Part shown: in pieces, positions 35,266 to 43,823 of the stretch | How positions within the stretch are numbered: the stretch's first letter is position 1 | Layout: each line of letters starts with the position of its first letter | DNA from: Candidatus Limnocylindrales bacterium | GTDB taxonomy: Bacteria > Chloroflexota > Limnocylindria > Limnocylindrales > CSP1-4 | Length of the DNA stretch: 64,000 nt | Assembly (NCBI GenBank): GCA_038204565.1 | Contig: JBBRCU010000001.1 | Span: forward strand, 83,844 to 147,843 | Direction: 5' to 3' | Program-made: the position numbers and the translations under genes | The notes under the pieces: model-generated | Databases searched by the model: none | Told to the model about the DNA's origin: nothing | The model's input: only the letters and a program-made list of their open reading frames with translations

Positions 35266-36221
35266 GAACAGTCAGCTGCGGCGGCTCGACGGTCGCGCGC
35301 CTCGGCCATGCGCTGGCGGACTGCGGCCCGCGTCGGGACGCCGAGCAGGCCCGGTGCCTCGAGCACGAGCGACGCGGCGGCCGCGGCGAGGAGGAGGTCG
35401 AACCCCTGGCCGATCCGCCCACCGACGAGGCGCGGCTCGATCCGGGCCGCCGCGAGCGCCGCCAGAAAGACGTCGCCGGCGCCGGTCGGGTCGACGGCTG
35501 CGTGGCTCGGGATCGCGGGGTAATGGCGCAGCTCGAGGGCGGCGTCGTGATCGCCGTGGGCACCGTGCACGATCAGCCCGCCGCGATCCCCCTGGGTGAC
35601 CGCGAGAGATGCGCCGCGTCGCAGGAGACCGTACAGGGCGGCCAGGGGAATCGATCGGTCGACATCGTCGCGGGACAGGCCGACGAGGTCCGCCCGGCGA
35701 ACGATCGGGTCCGGCCGCGGGGCCACGTGATGAACGGGCTGGCCGGCCTCGAGCTCGCGGAGGAGGCCCTGCCAACCGACGGCCACGAAACCGGCCGGGT
35801 CCGGGACGTCCGCCCAGGCCGGTGGGAGCTCCGCCGCGACCGGGGCGAGGATCCAACCCTTGGCCGCCCGCCAGGATGCAGGCACGGCTCCGACCGGCAG
35901 CGCGTCGCTGTGGCCGCCACAGAGCTGGAGGCGTCCCTCCGGACGCTCGATGTTCACGAAAACCGGACCGTGCTCGAGGGGCACGAGCCGGACATCGACG
36001 CCGGCCTCCCGCAGGAGGTCGAGCTCGGCCGCCGGGGCTGCCTCGGCGTCGACCCCGACGATGGCGGCGGTGGCGAGACCGAGGCGCGCCGTGGTCAGAG
36101 CGCTGTACGAGACGCCACCGCCGAGGCGCCAGCCCCGCGGGTCGTCATCGGTCAGGTCGCGCGCCGCCGCTCCGATCACGATGACGGTCGGGATCGCGGC
36201 CTCCGCGTCATCGCCGGTCAT
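35262..36221 (-). CDS. PfkB-family carbohydrate kinase
   Basis: 319 aa. N-terminus is VIVIGAAARDL...GGGVSYSA and the C-terminal ATP motif is DPTGAGDVFLAALA. Confidence 0.8.
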   Translation of the reverse strand: MTGDDAEAAIPTVIVIGAAARDLTDDDPRGWRLGGGVSYSALTTARLGLATAAIVGVDAEAAPAAELDLLREAGVDVRLVPLEHGPVFVNIERPEGRLQLCGGHSDALPVGAVPASWRAAKGWILAPVAAELPPAWADVPDPAGFVAVGWQGLLRELEAGQPVHHVAPRPDPIVRRADLVGLSRDDVDRSIPLAALYGLLRRGASLAVTQGDRGGLIVHGAHGDHDAALELRHYPAIPSHAAVDPTGAGDVFLAALAAARIEPRLVGGRIGQGFDLLLAAAAASLVLEAPGLLGVPTRAAVRQRMAEARDRRAAAADCS

Positions 36222-36298
36222 CGGGTTCTCACGGCCGATCCGCCGAGGCGCGTGCGATACTTCAGGCCCAATCCAATCCCTTTCCGACCGAGGCCGGT

Positions 36299-36679
36299 GT
36301 GTATTTCTACGAACTTCACGAGGGTGACGAGGACGTCTTCTCCGACGTGCTCCTCGCCCGCGACGACGAGATGGACCCCGACGAGTTCCTCGAGCTGATC
36401 GACGCGGTCCGGCGCCAGGTCCAGGAGAATTACGTGGACGATACGCTGATCGAGGCGATCGCCGCGGAGCTCCAGCGCGAGCACGGCTTCATCTTCGTCT
36501 CCGACGACCGTCTGACGGCGGCGGTCAACGTCTCGATCGTCGACGAGGAGAACTTCCTCGTCGCGATCGACACGGCCGAGGAGGCGGCAGAGGACGAGCG
36601 CGGCGCGGACTACCGGGCCGTCATCGCCGAGTTCGACCCGACCGGCGAAGCCGTCCGCGGCCAGGAAGACGACGACTGA
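36299..36679 (+). CDS. Small, strongly acidic protein of unknown function
   Basis: 126 aa starting MYFYELHEGDEDVF, with D+E clearly dominant. Codon third positions are G/C-rich and GAGG SD lies 5 nt upstream of GTG 36299. I recognise no family. Confidence 0.6.
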   Translation: MYFYELHEGDEDVFSDVLLARDDEMDPDEFLELIDAVRRQVQENYVDDTLIEAIAAELQREHGFIFVSDDRLTAAVNVSIVDEENFLVAIDTAEEAAEDERGADYRAVIAEFDPTGEAVRGQEDDD

Positions 36680-36748
36680 CCTCGTTCCAGGCTGGAACGG
36701 AACGCTGCGGCCGAAGGCGCCGCGACCCGCCTCGAGGTAGCCGCGCTC

Positions 36749-37852
36749 CTACTTGCTGAACAGAATCTCGACGACGTCGCCGTCGTGGACGCGATAGGTC
36801 TTGCCCTCCGACCGGAGCTTGCCGACCTTCCGCGCCGCCGCCATCGAGCCGAGCTCGAGCAGGTCCTCATAGGCGACCGTCTCGGCCCGGATGAAGCCCT
36901 TGGCGAGATCGCTGTGGATCGCCCCCGCCGCGTCGACCGCCGTCGACCCATCGCGGATCGGCCACGCCCGGACCTCGTCCGGACCCGCGGTCAGGAAGGA
37001 GATCAGCCCAAGCAGCCGGTAGCTGAGCTCGATGACCCGGTCAAGTCCGGAATCGGCGATTCCGAGCTCTTCCATGAAGACGGCCGCCTCGTCGGGCTCA
37101 AGCTCGCCGAGCTCCATCTCGATCCGGGCCGACAGCGCATCGATCATGGCGTGTTGGTGGGCATAGGCCGCAGTCAGCGCCGCGACTCGCTCCCCTGCCC
37201 CGGCGATCTCACTCTCACCGACGTTGAGCAGGACGAGGACCGGTTTCTGGGTCAGAAACCGGAAGCCGCGGATCGGCTTCTCGTCGTCGGCACCGAGGCC
37301 GAGGTCACGGATCGGGGAGCCAGCCTCGAGCCCGGCCTTGAGTCGGACGAGGACGCCCTCCTCGCGCTCGTTCGCCTCCTTCTCGGCCGGCGTTCCATGG
37401 CGGCCACTCTGCTTGAGCCGCTCAAGCCGGCGCTCGACGAGGGCGAGGTCGGCGAGAATGAACTCGGTGTCGAGCCGGTCGACGTCGCGGGCCGGGACGA
37501 CGGAGCCCTCCGGATGAGGGTTGTTCGGGTCCTCGAACGCGCGGACCACGTGCAGGAGCGCGTCCGAGTCGCGGAGGCGGGCAAGGTGCTCGGCCGGCAG
37601 ATCCTCGGTCCCGACGTGGCCGTCGGAGGAGGCCGGCGGGGCCGGCAGGTCGACGTAGGTCACGTCGGCCTGGATGACCTTCTTCGGCTTGAAGATCGCG
37701 GCGAGCTTGTCGAGGCGCTCGTCGGGTACCTTGACGACCCCGACGTGGAGCTCCATGCCGCCGAACCCGCCGGTCTCGGCGTGGCCCCGGGTGAGCGTGT
37801 TGAAGACGGTCGTCTTGCCTGATCCGGCAAGACCGACGATGGCGATCTGCAT
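36749..37852 (-). CDS. ychF: Redox-regulated ATPase YchF (Obg-family)
   Basis: 367 aa with G1 IVGLAGSGKTT, a coiled-coil insert and the TGS-like C-terminus KTYRVHDGDVVEILF. Confidence 0.9.
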   Translation of the reverse strand: MQIAIVGLAGSGKTTVFNTLTRGHAETGGFGGMELHVGVVKVPDERLDKLAAIFKPKKVIQADVTYVDLPAPPASSDGHVGTEDLPAEHLARLRDSDALLHVVRAFEDPNNPHPEGSVVPARDVDRLDTEFILADLALVERRLERLKQSGRHGTPAEKEANEREEGVLVRLKAGLEAGSPIRDLGLGADDEKPIRGFRFLTQKPVLVLLNVGESEIAGAGERVAALTAAYAHQHAMIDALSARIEMELGELEPDEAAVFMEELGIADSGLDRVIELSYRLLGLISFLTAGPDEVRAWPIRDGSTAVDAAGAIHSDLAKGFIRAETVAYEDLLELGSMAAARKVGKLRSEGKTYRVHDGDVVEILFSK

Positions 37853-37858
37853 GGTGCG

Positions 37859-37864
37859 ATGCTA
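37859..37864 (-). promoter_or_regulatory. -10 box TAGCAT 6 nt upstream of ATG 37852 (leaderless-type start)
   Basis: The minus strand reads AGTAGCAT-CGCACC-ATG with no SD. Confidence 0.4.
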
Positions 37865-38100
37865 CTGGACCGCGTGGCGCGCCCGGTTGTGCGTCGGACG
37901 AGCGAGTCGACCGTCGCGACGCCGCTGCGGCCCGCGATCGGCCCGGAATCGGTGCCTCGTGCTCGCGTCAGGACCAAACCCGACCAGATTGGCCACCGTC
38001 GAGGCCGATCTTCCCGCCTGGCCGTCTGGTTTGCTCGTCTCGCGGAGAGCGGCCACGATCGCGGTCATCGGGCACGGAGTTTCCGTGACGCGGGAGCCGA

Positions 38101-38511
38101 TCAGGCGCTGACTCGGGTCACGCCCTCGATTCGATCGAAGTCCCTGTCGAATGAGACGACCCGCGCCGGCCCGATGGCGATGGCTGAGGCCGCCAGCCAC
38201 GCATCGACGAAGTCGAGCCGCCGGTCGCCCGCATAGATCTCGAGCGCGCGTGGAAGGACACGATCGAGCGCGAGCACGCCGTCCGCATCCAGGACCTGGC
38301 GCAGGCGTTCGGCGCAGTGCCTTCGTGACAGGCCGAGACGTCGTTCCAGGAACCAGCTCAGCTCGACCAGGACAGGCGCCGTCAGGATCACCTCGAGCTC
38401 GCCATCCGCGACACGGCGGAAGATCTCCAGCGATTCCTCGTGAGCAACATGGCTCGGGCCGGCCAATAGGGCGATGATCGCGTTTGCATCGACCCACGCC
38501 CGATCGATCAC
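38101..38511 (-). CDS. vapC: PIN-domain toxin VapC
   Basis: 136 aa with N-terminal VDANAIIALL (first acidic residue). Further PIN-type acidic residues are in HEESLEIF, VLALD and FVDAWL. GTGA overlap with the upstream antitoxin. Confidence 0.8.
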   Translation of the reverse strand: MIDRAWVDANAIIALLAGPSHVAHEESLEIFRRVADGELEVILTAPVLVELSWFLERRLGLSRRHCAERLRQVLDADGVLALDRVLPRALEIYAGDRRLDFVDAWLAASAIAIGPARVVSFDRDFDRIEGVTRVSA

Positions 38512-38828
38512 GACCGTCGCTTGCGGCGGTTGACCTTGTCGACCTTCGCCGCAACTGCGGCCGCGATCCCGTCTCCGATCAAGCGGTCCAACTCGTCCGG
38601 ATCGGCCGGGATCAAGGCAGCGTGGGCAGCGTCGATTCCGGCCAGATCGAGGATGCTGGTGCGACGGCGGCGGCGAACGATTGCCGAACCATCGGGCCCG
38701 GGCTCGAACTCGAGATCGTCTCCGGGGCCCGCCTCAAGGTGAGCGCGGATCGCCTTCGGGACGGAGATCTGCCCCTGCCGGGTAATGCGCGCCGTGGCCA
38801 CATGATCTGACCGCATGGTAATGCTCAT
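38508..38828 (-). CDS. vapB: AbrB/SpoVT-type antitoxin VapB
   Basis: Start taken at ATG 38828 (GGAGG 12 nt upstream). Swapped-hairpin motif is ITRQGQISVPKAIRAHLEAGPGDDLEF. Confidence 0.75.
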   Translation of the reverse strand: MSITMRSDHVATARITRQGQISVPKAIRAHLEAGPGDDLEFEPGPDGSAIVRRRRRTSILDLAGIDAAHAALIPADPDELDRLIGDGIAAAVAAKVDKVNRRKRRS

Positions 38829-38893
38829 GGGCAGACCGTACCTCCGGTGACCGAGCGGGTCAATCGGCCAGCCGGGTTTCACCGGTGAGGAAG

Positions 38894-39346
38894 TCAGTGT
38901 CCCTGGGTGATCGATCCCACGAGATCGCCTTGGCCGGTCAGGACGATCGAGGTGCTGCCGGTCGGGCCTTGGAGCGTCACCCGCCACACCTCGGTCGAGC
39001 CCGGCCACTCACTCGGCGGTGGATCGCTGATGTCGTTGCGGGCGAACGGGTCGAGGGCGGCCAGGGTTCCCCGGATCGCTTCGGTGACGGCAAACGGGCC
39101 GACGATCTCGGCTACTGCGATCGCTCGGGCGATCGCCGGCTCCCGATTCGGCAAGGGGTCGCCCGGCCCCGGCGTTGGTGTCGGTGGCGAGTCGGAGGCG
39201 GGCCGCGCAGTCGGCGAGCCGATCGGCATCGGCCCGGCGCATCCGGCGATGCTCGCCACAACGAGGAGGATGACGGCCGCGGATTTCCGCCACTCGGGCG
39301 ACGCGCGCCTGTTGCGCGCGACATGGCCCCCGATCACCGTGCCCAT
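38894..39346 (-). CDS. Lipoprotein of unknown function
   Basis: The signal peptide has a basic n-region, the h-region AAVILLVVASIAG and a lipobox Cys (IAGC). A Pro/Thr linker is followed by a small globular domain. Confidence 0.65.
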   Translation of the reverse strand: MGTVIGGHVARNRRASPEWRKSAAVILLVVASIAGCAGPMPIGSPTARPASDSPPTPTPGPGDPLPNREPAIARAIAVAEIVGPFAVTEAIRGTLAALDPFARNDISDPPPSEWPGSTEVWRVTLQGPTGSTSIVLTGQGDLVGSITQGH

Positions 39347-39348
39347 CC

Positions 39349-40416
39349 TCAGTATCCGGCGGCCGGATCGACGACGTTGAGCAGCGTCTCGCCGGCGGCG
39401 TATCGCCGGAGGTTGTCGCAGAACAGCTCGACGCTCCGATCAAGGACGCGCCCGCTCGACCACGACGTGTGTGGCGTCACGATGACGTTCTCGAGGTCGT
39501 AGAACGGCGATGTCGACGGCAGCGGCTCCTCCCGGAACGTATCGAGGACCGCCCCGCCGATCCGCCCGGAGCGGAGCGCGTCCAGGAGCGCGCGCTCATC
39601 GATCAGCCGGCCACGGGCGACGTTGATCAGCCACGCCGACGACTTCATCATGGCCAGGGCGCCCTCGTCGATCATGTCCGCCGTCGCGGGCGTGAGCGGG
39701 GCGGCAAGGACGACGAAATCGGACTCCGACAGGAGCTGCGGGATGGAGTCGGGCCCGCCGACCCGGTCGAGCATCGCCTCGCCGAACGAGCGGGTCTCGT
39801 CGTCATCGGCGGACGTGGACGCAGGCCCGTCCGGCCGGCGCCGTGCCGCAACCACCCGGCAGCCAAATGCCGTCGCGAGCGCCCCGACCGCCCGCCCGAT
39901 CGAGCCCAGACCGATGATCCCGACCGTGACGTCGCGGAGCTCCACGCCTTCGAGCGGCTGCCACGTCCGCTCGCGCTGGAGCTCGAGCAGGCCCGGCAGC
40001 CGCCGGCTGACCGCCAGGATCATCATCAGGACGTACTCGGCGATCGGCCGCGAGAACACGCCGCGGGCGTTCGTGATCACGATTCCGCGGTCCCGGGCCG
40101 CCGGCGTCAGCGCCCGCTCCACGCCGGCCGAGGCGGAATGGACATAGCTGAGACGCGGCGCACGGGCGAGGAGCCGATCGAACGCGTCCGACGACAGCCA
40201 GCCGCGGAGCAGGACCTCGACGTCCTCGACCGGCTCGTCGGTCAGGCCCTCGCGGGACAATGTGACGATCCGGGCGCCCGGTGCCGCCGCCTGGATCCGC
40301 TCGAGATCGCGGGTCCGATAGCGGGCCGAAAGGATCGGCGACAGGGCGATCGCCGTCGGCGCCCCGCCCGGCCCCGACCCCGGCCCGACGATCCGGAGCG
40401 GCGCTGGACCGCTCAC
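39349..40416 (-). CDS. D-isomer-specific 2-hydroxyacid dehydrogenase family protein
   Basis: Start refined to GTG 40416 (GTGA overlap with the upstream gene). NAD site is VGIIGLGSIGRAVG, with catalytic region NVARGRLID and TPHTSW. Confidence 0.8.
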   Translation of the reverse strand: MSGPAPLRIVGPGSGPGGAPTAIALSPILSARYRTRDLERIQAAAPGARIVTLSREGLTDEPVEDVEVLLRGWLSSDAFDRLLARAPRLSYVHSASAGVERALTPAARDRGIVITNARGVFSRPIAEYVLMMILAVSRRLPGLLELQRERTWQPLEGVELRDVTVGIIGLGSIGRAVGALATAFGCRVVAARRRPDGPASTSADDDETRSFGEAMLDRVGGPDSIPQLLSESDFVVLAAPLTPATADMIDEGALAMMKSSAWLINVARGRLIDERALLDALRSGRIGGAVLDTFREEPLPSTSPFYDLENVIVTPHTSWSSGRVLDRSVELFCDNLRRYAAGETLLNVVDPAAGY

Positions 40417-41624
40417 GCGGCTTCGATCAAGTCGACTCGGGCGATCCAGGCAGCCGGGTTGTCGATCTCGCCATGGCGCGGGAGCATCTCCGGACCGGCC
40501 CACAGCCGGTTCAGGGCCGTGGGGCCACCAGCTGCGGCGATCGCGGAGACGAATGCCTCGCCCTTCGCATATTGCTCCATCTTCACGTCCATCCCGGTGA
40601 GGCGCATGACGGCCCGTTCGAACGGCGAGCGCTTCGCCTGTCTTCGCTCGTGGAACTTGGCGCTGATCCGCTCCACCCCGGGCACGAGGTCCTTGCCGAC
40701 CTCGTCCATCACGTAGTCGCTGAAGCCCTCGAGCAGGCTCATCACCGCCTGCGTCTCGCGGAACAGCGTCCGCTGCTCGGCGGTCATGAGCCGCTCCATC
40801 CAATGCTCGACTTCGCCACCGTCGCCGCGGATGGCCCGGCCGAGGCTCTTGAGCGCCTCACGACCGAGCCCGCTGGCTTCCTTGCCGAAGAGCTTGAGCT
40901 GGCGCTCGAGGCGGTCGGCCAGGTAGGGCCGGAGCCACGGGTGGGCTTCGAACTCGAAGGCGTGCGTCGTTTCGTGGAGGGCGATCCACATCCGGAACGG
41001 CTCGAGCGGCACATCGAGCGCGAGCGCCGTTGCCCGGATGTTCTCCTCCACGAACAGGAGCCTGCCGGGCGTCGCCTCCGCGGCGAGCAGGGCGAGGTCG
41101 TACTGGCCGAGGACTTTCGAGCCCATGAACCCAAGGAGGAAGCCGAGCTGGCGGGTCGTGACCCAGCGGTTGGCCAGCGCCATCGTCGCCTTCGCCAGGC
41201 CGCCGCCGCGGGGCACGACCTGGTCGAGGAGGTCGGACTCGAGCTGCCCGATGAGCTGGGCGAACGTCGCAACGTTGGCATGGACCCAGCCGGCTCGGTC
41301 GACGACGGCGGAGCGCTCGACCACGCCCGGCAGCTCGGTCCCGAGCGCCACCGCCAGACGGGGAACGATCAGCTCCATGGCCGCAGCGTAGGACGGCTCG
41401 CTGCCGCGCAGCTCGGCCGCGCTGAGGGCACCCGGGGCGGACCGCAGCCGGGCCACGGCGTAGCGCTCCGCGGCGGGCCAGTCGACGAGACCCTGGCGGG
41501 CAACCAGCTCGGCCCGCCGGCCGAGGACGGTGGCGGCAGCGCCGATCGCGGACCCGACCAGGAACCCAGCCTGCCAGACGCGGTCGTCGCGCCAGCCGGC
41601 GCCCTTGTTCCGGGTGTCGCTCAT
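40413..41624 (-). CDS. Zinc-dependent metalloprotease (DUF2342 family)
   Basis: Start refined to ATG 41624 (GGAGG 7 nt upstream). The HExxH motif sits in WIALHETTHAFEFEAHPWL. Confidence 0.7.
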   Translation of the reverse strand: MSDTRNKGAGWRDDRVWQAGFLVGSAIGAAATVLGRRAELVARQGLVDWPAAERYAVARLRSAPGALSAAELRGSEPSYAAAMELIVPRLAVALGTELPGVVERSAVVDRAGWVHANVATFAQLIGQLESDLLDQVVPRGGGLAKATMALANRWVTTRQLGFLLGFMGSKVLGQYDLALLAAEATPGRLLFVEENIRATALALDVPLEPFRMWIALHETTHAFEFEAHPWLRPYLADRLERQLKLFGKEASGLGREALKSLGRAIRGDGGEVEHWMERLMTAEQRTLFRETQAVMSLLEGFSDYVMDEVGKDLVPGVERISAKFHERRQAKRSPFERAVMRLTGMDVKMEQYAKGEAFVSAIAAAGGPTALNRLWAGPEMLPRHGEIDNPAAWIARVDLIEAA

Positions 41625-41655
41625 CGGTCCGCCTCCCCGTTCGTCGTCGCCAAGT

Positions 41656-42582
41656 TCACGATGCCACGCTGGTCCGGCCGACCTCGACGGAGCCGACCTC
41701 GGGGAATGCCTCGCCGAAGATCCGCTCCGCAACCGCTCGGAAGGCGTCGATGTCGCCGGTGGTCAGCTGGCCGTGGCTCGGCGCGGTCGCCACCTCGTCC
41801 GGGGCGTCGTGGCCGGCCGCGCCCGGGTCGGCGGCCGTGCCGCGGGTCGTTCCCGGAGCCTCGAGGCCGTTGATCGCGAGGAGTTCGACGAGGGCTGACG
41901 CCGTCGCGGTCGCGGAGTCGACGATCGCCACCCGGTCGCCGGCGATGGCGGCAATGACCGGGCGCAGGAGCGGGTAGTGGGTGCAGCCGAGGAGGAGCGT
42001 GTCGATCCGGGCCGAGGCCGGCAGCGGAAACACGAACTCGCCGGCCTCGTCGCGCTGGCCGAGGAGCGGCGCGAGGGACGCAGCCACGATACGCTCGACC
42101 TCCCGTCCGCTCACCTGGCCGGCCTCGACGAGGGGCACGAACGCCGGCGTCGCGTGCTCGTAGACCTCGACCGCAGGGTTCTCGTCCTTGATCGCGTTGA
42201 AATAGGCGTGGGAGCGGACCGTTGCCGGCGTCGCAATCACCCCGACCCGCCGGTTGCGGGTGGTCAGTGACGCGGTCACGGCGCCCGGCCGGACGACGCC
42301 GAGGATCGGCAGGTCGTAGCGCCGCCGGAATTCGGGGAGGGCGACCGCGGTCGAGGTGTTGCAGGCGACGACGATCGCCTTGACGTCGCGGGCCGCGAGC
42401 TCGTCGAGGGCCGCGATCGAAAACGCCCGGACCTCGTCGTCCGGGCGGACACCGTACGGGGCGCGGAGATTGTCGCCGAGGTAGATCGTCGATTCGTGGG
42501 GCGAGCGGCGGAGGATCTCGCGGAGGACCGTCAGCCCGCCGACCCCCGAGTCGAAGACGCCGATCGGGCGCGGGTCCGACAT
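41656..42582 (-). CDS. murI: Glutamate racemase
   Basis: 308 aa with IGVFDSGVGGLTV and catalytic Cys contexts VVACNTST and LGCTHYPLL. Confidence 0.92.
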   Translation of the reverse strand: MSDPRPIGVFDSGVGGLTVLREILRRSPHESTIYLGDNLRAPYGVRPDDEVRAFSIAALDELAARDVKAIVVACNTSTAVALPEFRRRYDLPILGVVRPGAVTASLTTRNRRVGVIATPATVRSHAYFNAIKDENPAVEVYEHATPAFVPLVEAGQVSGREVERIVAASLAPLLGQRDEAGEFVFPLPASARIDTLLLGCTHYPLLRPVIAAIAGDRVAIVDSATATASALVELLAINGLEAPGTTRGTAADPGAAGHDAPDEVATAPSHGQLTTGDIDAFRAVAERIFGEAFPEVGSVEVGRTSVAS

Positions 42583-42590
42583 CGGGCTCC

Positions 42591-43784
42591 CTAGCGCCTG
42601 CCGGCCGCCGCCGGTCGGACGATCCCGCTCGCGGCGAGGAGCTCGGCGGCGACCCGGTTCACGTCCTGGCTGATCTGAGCCGCCGGATTGGCCAGGACGA
42701 ACGGGACGCCCTCGTTGTTCGACTGGACGACCAGCAGCCCGTCGCTCACGACGCGGTGCTCGGGCACCCGCCCGATCGCCCGCTCGAGATCGCCCGGGTC
42801 GATCCCGCCCGGTGAGTCGGCCCGGTTCACGAGGTAGCGGACCTTCGACGCCGGGTAGCCGATCATCCGGAAGGCGTCGGCGACGGCGATCGTGTTGTGG
42901 ATCGTCGTCGAATCGTACGTGACGATTTCGACGATCGTGTCCGACAGGTCGAGAAACGAGAGGTTGATGTCGTTGAGGGCGGACGACATGTCGATCACGA
43001 TCGAGCCGTAGACCCGCCGCAGGATCGACAGGATCTTGTCGATGTCGCGGGCCGTGATCATCTCGGCCATCTCGACCCGGGGCGGGGCCAGCAGGATGTC
43101 GATCCCCGAGGGGTCCCGCCAGAGGACGTCCTGGAGGTCGGATTCGGCGACGCGGTCTGTCGGCAGGTCGAGGATCGACGGCGCGTCGACGGGGACCCGG
43201 AGGAGCGAGCGGAGGTCGCCGAACTGGAGCGAGCCGTCGATGAGGACGGTGCGCTGCTCGGCCTGTCCGAGGGCGACCGCGAGGTTGAACGCGATCGTCG
43301 TCTTCCCGACGCCGCCCTTAGGGGCGAAGACCGAGTAGACCCGGGACGATCCGGTCGTCGAGAGCTGGGCGAACTCCTTGCGGACGGCGGCGATCCGGTT
43401 CATCAGGTCGAAGCCGGAGAACGGCATCGCGAGCACCCCGTGGACGCCCTTCGCGGGATCCATCGCGACCGGGTTCTGGGGAACGGTCAGGACGATCACG
43501 GGGATGCCGTAGCCCGATTTCGCGATGTCCTCGGCGAGGGCCAGGCCCTTGACCCGGCCCTGGAGCAGCGCGTCGACGAGGACGACGTCCGGGCGGAGTT
43601 GCTGAACCTGGGCCAGGACCTTGCTGCCGTCGCTCAGGACGTCGAGCAGCTTGACCGTGCTCTGGGAGTTGAGAAGTCCGCGGATGTACTGCGCCACCTG
43701 CGGGACGTCCTCCACGAGGAGGAGGCGCGTCTGGTCACTTGCTGCCATCGCCATCGAGTGTACCAAGCCGGCCCATGCAGACAC
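42591..43784 (-). CDS. Degenerate receiver domain fused to a MinD/ParA-type ATPase
   Basis: The receiver keeps LLLVEDV, VLVDALL and VLTV, but the conserved Lys is Met (LAMPF). Walker A is canonical, APKGGVGKTT. The start is uncertain (GTG 43784, ATG 43754 or ATG 43748; no clear SD). Confidence 0.8.
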   Translation of the reverse strand: MSAWAGLVHSMAMAASDQTRLLLVEDVPQVAQYIRGLLNSQSTVKLLDVLSDGSKVLAQVQQLRPDVVLVDALLQGRVKGLALAEDIAKSGYGIPVIVLTVPQNPVAMDPAKGVHGVLAMPFSGFDLMNRIAAVRKEFAQLSTTGSSRVYSVFAPKGGVGKTTIAFNLAVALGQAEQRTVLIDGSLQFGDLRSLLRVPVDAPSILDLPTDRVAESDLQDVLWRDPSGIDILLAPPRVEMAEMITARDIDKILSILRRVYGSIVIDMSSALNDINLSFLDLSDTIVEIVTYDSTTIHNTIAVADAFRMIGYPASKVRYLVNRADSPGGIDPGDLERAIGRVPEHRVVSDGLLVVQSNNEGVPFVLANPAAQISQDVNRVAAELLAASGIVRPAAAGRR

Positions 43785-43823
43785 CGGACTGGAAGTCCCA
43801 TCCCTCGGCGCGTCCGTCCGGCG

